DNA of 64,000 bases from NCBI GenBank assembly GCA_964441405.1, contig CAYTYP010000022.1, positions 3,569 to 67,568 of the forward strand, in the 5' to 3' direction. Source of the DNA: an uncultured Acidobacteriota bacterium (GTDB lineage Bacteria > Acidobacteriota > UBA6911). The position numbers and the translations under genes are program-made. Position 1 is the first letter of the stretch. Every line of letters starts with the position of its first letter. The notes beneath the pieces are model-generated. The model made no database searches and was not told the origin of the DNA. It saw only the letters and a program-made list of their open reading frames with translations. Shown here in pieces: positions 54,559-63,337 of the stretch.

Positions 54559-54675
54559 CGGCTCCCGGCTCCCGGCTCCCGGCTCCTGAATTCTAAATCC
54601 CCGAGCGCGGCTTGATGGTTTCGAATTCTATCAAGTGTTTTGCGCTCGGGGATTTCAAGGGGCGACAGCCCCTTG
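54559..54675. repeat. CGGCTCC x4 heptamer, a 14-bp-arm IR and a REP-like hairpin between convergent genes
   Basis: Heptamers at 54559-54586; AAATCCCCGAGCGC / GCGCTCGGGGATTT at 54595-54655; CAAGGGGC..GCCCCTTG at 54656-54675. Confidence 0.8.
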
Positions 54676-54676
54676 G

Positions 54677-55693
54677 TTAGTCTTCGGTTGGGGTCTGTTC
54701 AATGTGATCGATGACAAGCGTCTCAACAGGCGCTTTTTGTGAATCCAGTTTCAAGCCGAGTTTCTGGACTGCTTTGAATATCCCGGCTCCGGCGGGATCC
54801 GATGCGCCGAGTCCGCCGGCTCCGAGCCCGGAAGAAGAACCGCCGCCTAAAGCGCCCGGAGGGAGATTGATGCCCAGATTGGGCAGCTGCTTCTGAGCCA
54901 TGGCCATGACTTCTTCCATCGAAATTTCCAGAGCCATCTCGTAGGCGCCTTTCAGCTCTGTCCTGTCGACTACCGGACGATCGACATAGGTCGACAGAAC
55001 GGTGGCGAATTGCGACATTTTCATTTTTGAGAATTCGTAGACGATACCGTTCGGAGTCGTATTGACGCGTATCTGTCCGATTTCCCCGCTGGAAAACTCC
55101 ATCCCGCCCTTGTTCGCTTTAATTTTTATCTGGCTCTCTCCGCCGCCCAATACAACCTCGTTTTTGGCGGCAGGAGCATTCACAGGAGTTTCCTCCGGCG
55201 AAGCCGGAGTGGGTTCCACGGTCGCTTCCTTCAGCTTGTGTCCCTCGCCGGACACAAGGAGCGCATACACAGGCTGCTCTTTGTTTTCCCGGTGGGAGAC
55301 AATTTTAAAACGTTCCTCCAATAACGTCTGCAACATGGCGGGAACCTGCTCTTTGGCGGCGCCTTCAGGAAGTTTTGCATGGATTTCGTAGAGCTGCGCG
55401 GGCATCCAGTCGGGACCGACAATCTGGTACGGCTTCAAATCGTAAGCCCTCTGGAACAATTCTTTAAGCGTGGCAGCGCCTATATCTACGCGAGTGGCGT
55501 CGATAGTCGTTCCCAGCTTCTGAATGTTGCCCTTGCCGGATATTAAATCCTGCATCAAATTCTCAAGCGGCGGAAGCGGTTTGATCGAAGCAACCTCGAA
55601 CGCCGGTTTCGCCGGCGTCTGAGCGAAAAGCGAAAAACTGATTACAGCGCAAACACCGACAAGGAACACACACGCCCAACGAGTGAATTTCAT
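54677..55693 (-). CDS. TIGR03435-family (DUF3738) acidobacterial exported protein
   Basis: AFEVASIKP, AYDLKPYQI.GPDW....YEI.AK, MLQTLLEERF, RPVVDRTELKG.Y, A.QKLGLKL and LVIDHIE..PTED motifs. Confidence 0.93.
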   Translation of the reverse strand: MKFTRWACVFLVGVCAVISFSLFAQTPAKPAFEVASIKPLPPLENLMQDLISGKGNIQKLGTTIDATRVDIGAATLKELFQRAYDLKPYQIVGPDWMPAQLYEIHAKLPEGAAKEQVPAMLQTLLEERFKIVSHRENKEQPVYALLVSGEGHKLKEATVEPTPASPEETPVNAPAAKNEVVLGGGESQIKIKANKGGMEFSSGEIGQIRVNTTPNGIVYEFSKMKMSQFATVLSTYVDRPVVDRTELKGAYEMALEISMEEVMAMAQKQLPNLGINLPPGALGGGSSSGLGAGGLGASDPAGAGIFKAVQKLGLKLDSQKAPVETLVIDHIEQTPTED

Positions 55694-55712
55694 TTTTAGC
55701 TCCTGAGGACTC

Positions 55713-57809
55713 TTAGGGTATCAGCACTACGGGCGCCTGCCAGAACGCCGCCTTTTGCCCTGAGGGATCCGTAATAGTAACTTGGCAATTGTAAGCTCCC
55801 GGCACAAGATTGCCCAGCGATAATTCGAACTTCAAGGGCATGGTCTTCAGTCGATTGTTCAGCGACTCGGTCGCCAGGAGAGGAGGCGTTTCGAACGCCT
55901 TCACCTGTCCGCGGTAAAAGGTGACGAACGCGACCAGGGGCCGGGCTTTTTCGGCTCCCGGCTGGTATGCCTGCAGGTAAACGTACATGTTGCGCTCTTT
56001 GCTGAACACGCGGGTGACGCTGGGAATGAGTTTTTTTCCTTCCTGCACCAGCGGATTGACCGATTCCGCACGCCCTTTGTCCTTTGCGGCGTTGAATAAC
56101 GCTTCGCTCAAATCCGCGCGCTGACTGCTCAGAACCACGGAACTGATCGGAATCCGTTTATCTTCTTTGTTTAAATTGGGGATGACAAAAGGCATTTCAA
56201 AAGTCCCAATCCGGCCGGTTTCCGCGTCCCTGGCCAGAAACTTCACTTTGTATTTTCCCGGGAGCAACGTAAAACCCGTGTCGTACTGGATCGGTCTCTG
56301 CGCAAGCTCGGCCGCCGTCTTATCGCTCAGCTTGATATCGACTTTATCGCGCACATTCGTTACGGTGGTTCCGACTTCGTCTTTGACTTCGCCGATGAAA
56401 TCGAGCAGCGTGCGTTTGGCGCCTCCGCGTTTGGCCAATGCCAGCTCGCTGCCGGGAATCTTGACCGTCAGCGGAACATAATACTCGGCACGGCTTAGCT
56501 GGAAATAATCCACTTCCATCGCGATCGTGAGATCGGTGACAGGATCCTCCAGCATGAGCGCTTCTTCCAGCTGGCGCTCCTTTTCATCAGCGGTGAATTT
56601 GCCGAACTGTTTCCGGGCGAAATATCCCCGCCGGTAGTCCAGATCTCCGGTCAGATCGCCATTGAGTGCAACTTTAATACGCCGGAATTTCCCGTCAAGC
56701 TCCGGGTTGGAAGTGTAGTAGCCGAGGATATAGTAACTGGAGAAAGACTTCTGAGCCTGGGTGACGCCCCGGGACAGATCGTTATAATCAAGCAGCGCCT
56801 TGCCGCCGGTATCTTTGGCCAGCGACCATAGGGAGTCCTGCGAACCCTGGAACGAGCTGAGCCGCGTGAGCGCGGCGGAGCCGTCATACATTCCCGTCCC
56901 GCCCGGCGAGGAGACGCCGGCGCCCCCCATCGGAGCGTCCGCAACCAGTCCTCGGGCGTCGATAGTCCAGAAACTGACTCCCGCCCGATTGGCGGCATTG
57001 ATCGTCGCATGCAGCTGCGCCTGGTTTTCCACCCCGTTCATGTTCATGCCGCTCGAGAAATATATCAGCGCCTTCTTTTCGCTCAACACTCCCAACATGC
57101 GGGCAGCTGTCTGAAGCGCGGACAACTGCCGGTCGGTATTGAAAATTTGGAATTCGTCATTATTCTGTCCAAAAGCGGAATCCGTATCGGCGTTGAGGGC
57201 GCCCTGGAATGAGTCCGTAATATTGATGAATTCCCGCGCCTCTACAGTTGCAATAATGGAAAGAAGGCGCTCGCGTTCATCCGTAAAATCCTGGAGGACG
57301 CGCAGGCTCACGCCGTCGTAAAGCATGATGGAGACCAGGTCCGCAACGGTCATCTGGTTCCGGATAAATTTATCCGCAGCGGCAAAAGCGCGCAGCCTGT
57401 CTTCAGGGCGCATGGCGTACATGTCGAAGTAAAGCGCCAGGAGGCGGCGATCATGAAACCGGACTTTCCCGGATGCAACCGAAGAGATCTGGGCGCGCGG
57501 CAGCCCCGGCAGCAGCGCAATCTTCGCAGGCAAAGGAGGCGGGGGCGCGGCGGAACCGTCATCGAATTTCTGATATTCGAAGACGCTGATGGCCTGAGGA
57601 ACGCCGTTTTCCGTAATGGTAAAATCTTTCGCCTGGAGCCCCTCGACGGGAGCGCCCTCCTTGTCCGTCACAGACACCGTTTCAACCACCAGCTCTGAGA
57701 CGACCTTAAAAGTCGTCGTCCCCTGCCCGCCGGACTTGTTCCGCCCGGTCTCCTGGGCGTTCACCGCCAATCCTGCAACCAGAAACAGCAACAACGCCTT
57801 CGCCTTCAT
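55713..57809 (-). CDS. acidobacterial VWA-domain protein (TIGR03436-like), exported
   Basis: VTDKEG.PVEGL.AKDF.I.ENG, LYFD, QDFT, KKALIYFSSG, LAKDTGG and YYILGY motifs, plus C-terminal Ig-like extension. Confidence 0.92.
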   Translation of the reverse strand: MKAKALLLFLVAGLAVNAQETGRNKSGGQGTTTFKVVSELVVETVSVTDKEGAPVEGLQAKDFTITENGVPQAISVFEYQKFDDGSAAPPPPLPAKIALLPGLPRAQISSVASGKVRFHDRRLLALYFDMYAMRPEDRLRAFAAADKFIRNQMTVADLVSIMLYDGVSLRVLQDFTDERERLLSIIATVEAREFINITDSFQGALNADTDSAFGQNNDEFQIFNTDRQLSALQTAARMLGVLSEKKALIYFSSGMNMNGVENQAQLHATINAANRAGVSFWTIDARGLVADAPMGGAGVSSPGGTGMYDGSAALTRLSSFQGSQDSLWSLAKDTGGKALLDYNDLSRGVTQAQKSFSSYYILGYYTSNPELDGKFRRIKVALNGDLTGDLDYRRGYFARKQFGKFTADEKERQLEEALMLEDPVTDLTIAMEVDYFQLSRAEYYVPLTVKIPGSELALAKRGGAKRTLLDFIGEVKDEVGTTVTNVRDKVDIKLSDKTAAELAQRPIQYDTGFTLLPGKYKVKFLARDAETGRIGTFEMPFVIPNLNKEDKRIPISSVVLSSQRADLSEALFNAAKDKGRAESVNPLVQEGKKLIPSVTRVFSKERNMYVYLQAYQPGAEKARPLVAFVTFYRGQVKAFETPPLLATESLNNRLKTMPLKFELSLGNLVPGAYNCQVTITDPSGQKAAFWQAPVVLIP

Positions 57810-57814
57810 ATTTC

Positions 57815-60800
57815 CTAGAAGCTCCATCGAATGTTTGTTTGCACGCTGCGCATCGATCTTGGCGCTGTGGGAAGCCCAAACTGCGCACTTCCTACGGCGG
57901 CATTCCAGGACGTGAAGGTAACGTGATTGAGCGCGTTATTAACATTAATATTCAGGTTGATGCTGGTCCGGTCGCTGGTTCGAAACGAACGGCCTAATGC
58001 AGCGCTCAGGGTAAATTGAGAAGGCCCGAGGATGGAATTGCGGCCTGCATTGCCCCAATGCCCCGGCGTCGGAGCCTTATAGGCCGCGGGATTCAAATGC
58101 AAACCCGCCGGCGCTGCATAAACAGCCTCTCCTGTGCGATCGGGGCGCATGGGCCCCGTCACACCGGTGCCGGAAATTGCAAAGGAATACACAGGCGTCT
58201 GCGGCAAACCGCTTCCGGCATTGATCCGACTGGAGATTGTCCAATTTTTATAAAGAGCTCCCTTCCACTTTTTTAAAAACGTCCCGTCTTGAACTCCCAT
58301 ACCGGTCGTGTACTGGAATTGAATATCCGCCGCATGCCTTTGATCAAAACTCGAAAGCGCCCGCTCTGCGCCGGGATTCCGCCAATCTTGCGCAGTGAAA
58401 ACTCCGGATGCTCCCGACGTTCCCGGCGCCGCATCGTCGATGGACTTCGAAAAAGAGTACTGCATCGTCGCGCTGAAGCCCTTGTGCAGGCGACGGCGCA
58501 GCTGAATGGTTCCGGCGTCGCGATGCGAACTTCCGTGGGAAGTCAGATAACGGAATCCGCTGGGGCATGACGGACAAGGGTCGACCGATCCCGCGGGATA
58601 GGAATTCGGTAGAATTTCCTGCAGCGCATTCCTTCCCCTCGTCCCCTGATAAATCGTTGTCAACTGCAGTGCGCCGGGCAGATCGATCTGGATGGAAAAC
58701 TGCCAGGTATGCACATACCCGATCCGCAAGTTCGGATCTACTGCAAAAGTGTTGGTTGTTTGGTTCGGGGCCGCGTTGAATCCGTCCGCAAGCGTCAACG
58801 GCGTTGCAGCGGCATTCTGCAAGCTCAAACTTTTGGAAAGCGGCGACTGTTGCGCCATCTGCAGCGCAATCGACAGGTACGGAGAAGAATTGGAGTAAAC
58901 GCCGTAGCCCCACTTCAAAACCAGGGAGGAGGAAGCAATCGGCTTCCAGGCCGCGCCTATGCGAGGCTGAAGAGCATCTTTGTCGGGATGGACCAGTGAA
59001 TCGGGGTATTGCGCCCCGGTGAGCCGGCCGACCGGTTGGTTCGCCACAACCGGAGTCGCCGCCGAATAATCCGAGACCAGGTCGAGATTGACGAGGCGGC
59101 CATAACGCTCCGTGACGGGAGCCCAGTATTCCCAGCGCAGACCCAGTTTAAGCGTAAAACTGCGCGTAAGCCTCCAGTCGTCCTCAATGAAAGCATTGTA
59201 GGAAGAAAAACGGAAATATTTGTCCGCATTGCCGAACGCAATCGACGCCGTATCCGGAATTCCCAGCAGAAAACCCGCAAAATCGTTGCGAGCTCCCGCC
59301 GGCGGGATGCCGGGCGACGATAAGTCCAGAGTCGACGCTCCATTGAATTGGAACGATCCGCGGGGATTCTGCTGTTCCAGGCGATTATCCTGCTGCCTCG
59401 AATACTCCGCTCCGAAAGAGACGGTGTGGTTGCCGCGATTCCAGTAGCCGGACGCCGTCAACTGAGCTGTCTGGCTGCGATTGGAGGCCGGCGACGCGTC
59501 ATAGAGACTCGCCAGGCCGCTGGAAAAATAAAGCGCCGGGGGGCCCCAGTTCACAGGCTCCTGATTGTTGCCGGCAATTCCGGCAAGACCGGAAATATTC
59601 TCACGACCGGAGAAGAAAGGAATGCTTCTGCCCGATTGACGGCTGAACTGGCCGTTCAACGTCATGCTTAACCGTGGAGTGAGGTTGCGCCGCCAGCCCA
59701 GAAACGCCCCGGAGCTCTGAGAACGGGAAGCGTCGATGAAACCAAGCAGCGTCGTATTTTCGGACCGGGAATTGGTGTAAGAAAAACGTCCAAAGACCTG
59801 ATTTTTTCCGATGGTGTCATCCATGCCGACGCTTATGCCATCCATATGCGACGCGCTCTCTGCCGCAACCTGATAGTTATATTGCGCGTTCCCGGTAAAA
59901 TTGGGCTGGGGGTATAGGTTCAGCAGGGCTTTCGCCTGCCGGCGGATCCGCTCCTCGGGGATGCGGTTGTTTGGGAAGAGTTTATTGTCCTCCGGATCAA
60001 AGATCCTTCCAGGAGCCTTTGATAAATCTCCCTTCCTTTCCTCGAGAGTGGGAACGAGGCCGGTCAGGGTTTGGACATCGCGATTGCGCGCAAAGTTATA
60101 GCCGAGATAAAAATCGGGGCCGTCCCGCACCAAGCGCGGAATGCGCACCGGGCCCGAAAGAAAAAAATCGCCTCCCCAGCGGTTGTATCCCGGCCTGGGA
60201 GTGTCTATTCCGGACAGTGAATACGAACGGGCGTTGAGCGCAGAATTGTTGATGTTGAAGCTGAGGCTGCCCCGGTAGGGGGACCCGATTAGATTCCGGA
60301 AATTTCCAAAAGCCCGGCTCTGCGCAAAAGAAGAACTCGCACCGTTGTTGGCGGATCCGCTTATCGTGAGCCCGTCGGCCGCACGCTGATTAAGCTCGAC
60401 CGGATCGCCAAGATTGTCGGGCGCAGCAGAAACAATGCTTGCAGCGGCTTGCGGAGAAGCATTCACTTCCGTGCGTTGAAACGGAGTTTTCGTATTGGCG
60501 GGCGCCGGCGCTCCTTTTTTGGAATTTGCACTCTTGGCCGGGCCGGCAACCGCCGCGCTTTCCGGCGCCGGAGAAGGCGCCGCCTGGAGCCCCTGGATCT
60601 GATCGATAGGCAGAAGCTTCAATTCCCATTGCCCGGCTGCAGCGCCGGGTCCAATCGTCAAATCCTGCTGAACGGATGAGAACGCCTGCATCTCGACCCG
60701 GATATTCCAGACGCCGTCGGCCAGCTCGGGGAACGAGTATCCACCTCGCACGTCTGTGATGGCGGAGAATTTCTGATCGCCGCGCGATGCTGCAACCACA

Positions 60801-60940
60801 GCTCCCGGAACTCCCAAACCATTGAAGACGACTTGTCCGCGATGCTCGGCGGCGTTCACAGCAGCGATGGCAAGAAACAAGGCGAACCCGATCGGGAGAA
60901 ATACTCGAATTTTTCCGGCGCCTGCCAATACCTTATTCAT
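57815..60940 (-). CDS. carboxypeptidase-regulatory-domain / TonB-receptor-like beta-barrel protein
   Basis: Signal peptide, G.VPGAVV.A...TDVRG.YSF, NSALNARSYS, EDDWR...FTLKLGLRWEY, YSFSKSIDD motifs and terminal IRWSF. Confidence 0.88.
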   Translation of the reverse strand: MNKVLAGAGKIRVFLPIGFALFLAIAAVNAAEHRGQVVFNGLGVPGAVVAASRGDQKFSAITDVRGGYSFPELADGVWNIRVEMQAFSSVQQDLTIGPGAAAGQWELKLLPIDQIQGLQAAPSPAPESAAVAGPAKSANSKKGAPAPANTKTPFQRTEVNASPQAAASIVSAAPDNLGDPVELNQRAADGLTISGSANNGASSSFAQSRAFGNFRNLIGSPYRGSLSFNINNSALNARSYSLSGIDTPRPGYNRWGGDFFLSGPVRIPRLVRDGPDFYLGYNFARNRDVQTLTGLVPTLEERKGDLSKAPGRIFDPEDNKLFPNNRIPEERIRRQAKALLNLYPQPNFTGNAQYNYQVAAESASHMDGISVGMDDTIGKNQVFGRFSYTNSRSENTTLLGFIDASRSQSSGAFLGWRRNLTPRLSMTLNGQFSRQSGRSIPFFSGRENISGLAGIAGNNQEPVNWGPPALYFSSGLASLYDASPASNRSQTAQLTASGYWNRGNHTVSFGAEYSRQQDNRLEQQNPRGSFQFNGASTLDLSSPGIPPAGARNDFAGFLLGIPDTASIAFGNADKYFRFSSYNAFIEDDWRLTRSFTLKLGLRWEYWAPVTERYGRLVNLDLVSDYSAATPVVANQPVGRLTGAQYPDSLVHPDKDALQPRIGAAWKPIASSSLVLKWGYGVYSNSSPYLSIALQMAQQSPLSKSLSLQNAAATPLTLADGFNAAPNQTTNTFAVDPNLRIGYVHTWQFSIQIDLPGALQLTTIYQGTRGRNALQEILPNSYPAGSVDPCPSCPSGFRYLTSHGSSHRDAGTIQLRRRLHKGFSATMQYSFSKSIDDAAPGTSGASGVFTAQDWRNPGAERALSSFDQRHAADIQFQYTTGMGVQDGTFLKKWKGALYKNWTISSRINAGSGLPQTPVYSFAISGTGVTGPMRPDRTGEAVYAAPAGLHLNPAAYKAPTPGHWGNAGRNSILGPSQFTLSAALGRSFRTSDRTSINLNINVNNALNHVTFTSWNAAVGSAQFGLPTAPRSMRSVQTNIRWSF

Positions 60941-61245
60941 TTAATTCTCCGACGACTTTTCAATACTCTTTGGTGCTATTGCCGGCGTATCTCTATATAA
61001 AATGAGGATTATAGAGGTTTTAAGCCATCCAGCGTTTATTTACGGTTCAAAGGCCGCGCAACAGGTCATGAACATGCCCAATATTACGGATAGGTTTTGT
61101 CTATAGTTCCCATAAATAATAAGATTATATCCTTATCCGCAACAGGAACGCTTATAAGACGTATCCTATTATTCTCCAGCAAATCAATATGTTTCACGAG
61201 AAGGCATTTTATTTCAAAAATAATGATGTGAATTGCAGGGCGGGA

Positions 61246-61276
61246 ATCGCGAAGGCGCCAGGAGCGCCTTCGCGAT
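61246..61276. terminator. hairpin downstream of the AOR-like gene
   Basis: ATCGCGAAGGCGC / GCGCCTTCGCGAT 13-bp stem with no clear U-tract. Confidence 0.5.
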
Positions 61277-61289
61277 CAAAATCCGAGGA

Positions 61290-63335
61290 TTATCCGAGTT
61301 TGTTTTTGCTTTTCAGCAGAGTTGCGACTTTGCCGAGTTTCATCTTCTCGAGCGTCGCGCCGGTCGGGTAGCCGTTATCGGGATTGTAGCCTTCGAACTT
61401 GTAGAATTTGGTTTTGAAATCTTCGACTTTCGCCCGATCCAGTTTGCGGCCTTTTCCCGTAGCATACTTCCATTTGCCGTCTTCATACATCGTCATATCG
61501 TGACCCATACTCGGTTTGTCGTAGACATAGTCGGGAAATACTTCCATGTCCCGATGCCTGCCTTGCAGCACCCAGATGGCTCGATCCAGAGTATAGATCT
61601 TATGTCCTATCTCCATGTAATCGGCGAATTTGAGATTTTTTCCGGTAACGGCGTTCCAGAATTTAGGTTCCGCCTGAGGCGTGGGCCCTCTCCTGTCGGC
61701 CGTATTATTGGTGATGCACATCGGCCAGCGCCAGCCGCAGAAGCCGCCGGCCCCGACCCAGAATTTTTCATAATGCTTGATCCACGCGACCTGCTTGACC
61801 TTGGAATCCGAGTAGATCCCGGTAGGCCCTTCGCTGTGATCCACCATGAATGGGTCGCCCTGGTAGGGTTCCATCGCATCCGTGTACAGCTTGGCGCACT
61901 CTTCGGCTGTCAGGTAGGGATCGCCGGACCAGGCCATCCAGTGGATGGGATAGTTGGACATCATGTGCAGCATAAGGTCGCGTTCTCCCAGAAGGGAGCC
62001 GAAACCCCATTCCGCCTCGATCGCCGGATCATAATGATTCGCGGTTCCCCAGTAGCACAAGCTCAGGTCGCCGCTGTTTACATCCTTCTTATACCGTCCG
62101 ATTTTTTCCGCGAATCGGGCGCAACCCTCGGCCAAATCGTTGCCGACTCCCTTGCGTAGCGCGATCTGACGCATCAGGGCCTCGGCGTATCCGAACGTTC
62201 CGGTCTGGTCCAGAGGCAGGTCGGTATCGATCTGCTTCCCTTTCCCGAGGACTCCTGCTTTATAAAGAAATTGGACATAGCTCAAAAGCGGCATCAACTG
62301 CCAGTGCCCCAATCCGTACTTCTGCATCAAATCGTTGCCCTGGCGCGTAAACTTCGTGGATCCTTCGACGCTGATCACCATCGTGCCGGCGCAAACCGAA
62401 TCGTTGCTGTCGCCGGTGGCCAATCTCATACGGCATCCTCTGGGACACGAGGCGCAGGCTGCTGCGCGCGCCGGCGTGAGCGGGATATCGCGATTGAGCA
62501 CATTGCCGCCGCTCGGGCGGCCGCTGATCAACGCATAGGGCCCTCCGGCTCCGAACCTCGCAGCTTCACGGGGATTGTCCACGTCCCACTGGAATTGACG
62601 GAACCAGAGCCTGGCCGCCATAAATGCCTTTGGATTGGCAATAGGAACATCTCCGGATCCGATAGCGCTGATCGCTTTCAGCTTCTTGGATCCAAAAACT
62701 CCGCCGAAACCGCACAGGGCCGCCTGGGACCCGGGGCCATGGAGAAGGCAGCCAAGGCGGCTCTTGTTTTCTCCCGCGGGACCGCAGCAAACGACCGCCG
62801 GAGTCTGGGTGGTAAAACAGTTCTCGGCAAGTTGCGCCCATTCGCCATATTTCAAACTCGGGACTACGCGCCGGGAAATTTCTTCCTGGGTGTCCCAGGT
62901 GTCCATTCCCCATATGCCTTTGGCGCTTTCGATCTTGACCTTGTCGTCGACTATGTTGATCCATACGGGCTCGTCCGAAGCCCCTTCCACGACGATGCCA
63001 TCCCATCCGGCGAACTTCAATTGAGCGGTGAAACGCCCGCCGAAATTGCTGTGGCCGAACCATTCCACGGGATACAGCATGGGCCCAAGGCCTTGCACCT
63101 CGCATCTGCCGGAGCCCGGCATAAAGGTGCCGGAGAAAGGAGACGCCATCATGATGATCAGGTTCCTGGGATCGAAAGCCTCAAAAGGCAATTGGTCGCC
63201 AACCAGATCAAAGAAAACAGCGGAACCTATTCCGTGACCGCCGCCGAACTCCTCATACTTTGCAGTATCGATTTGAGTGATCGCCTTGGTAGTCAGGTTG
63301 ACTCTTAATATTTTACCGGTATATCCGCCTGCCAT
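61290..63335 (-). CDS. aldehyde:ferredoxin oxidoreductase (tungsten oxidoreductase) family protein, divergent
   Basis: GYTGKILRVNLT, SN.GG.F...LKFAGWDGIVVEG, CGPAGEN, GSKKLKAI, CASCPRGC, R.G.G..LAEG and a C-terminal G.P...TLE motif. Confidence 0.9.
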   Translation of the reverse strand: MAGGYTGKILRVNLTTKAITQIDTAKYEEFGGGHGIGSAVFFDLVGDQLPFEAFDPRNLIIMMASPFSGTFMPGSGRCEVQGLGPMLYPVEWFGHSNFGGRFTAQLKFAGWDGIVVEGASDEPVWINIVDDKVKIESAKGIWGMDTWDTQEEISRRVVPSLKYGEWAQLAENCFTTQTPAVVCCGPAGENKSRLGCLLHGPGSQAALCGFGGVFGSKKLKAISAIGSGDVPIANPKAFMAARLWFRQFQWDVDNPREAARFGAGGPYALISGRPSGGNVLNRDIPLTPARAAACASCPRGCRMRLATGDSNDSVCAGTMVISVEGSTKFTRQGNDLMQKYGLGHWQLMPLLSYVQFLYKAGVLGKGKQIDTDLPLDQTGTFGYAEALMRQIALRKGVGNDLAEGCARFAEKIGRYKKDVNSGDLSLCYWGTANHYDPAIEAEWGFGSLLGERDLMLHMMSNYPIHWMAWSGDPYLTAEECAKLYTDAMEPYQGDPFMVDHSEGPTGIYSDSKVKQVAWIKHYEKFWVGAGGFCGWRWPMCITNNTADRRGPTPQAEPKFWNAVTGKNLKFADYMEIGHKIYTLDRAIWVLQGRHRDMEVFPDYVYDKPSMGHDMTMYEDGKWKYATGKGRKLDRAKVEDFKTKFYKFEGYNPDNGYPTGATLEKMKLGKVATLLKSKNKLG

Positions 63336-63337
63336 AA

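Noticed and set aside
61233-63308. 308-aa and 345-aa plus-strand ORFs
   Set aside because: They are shadows of the AOR-family gene.
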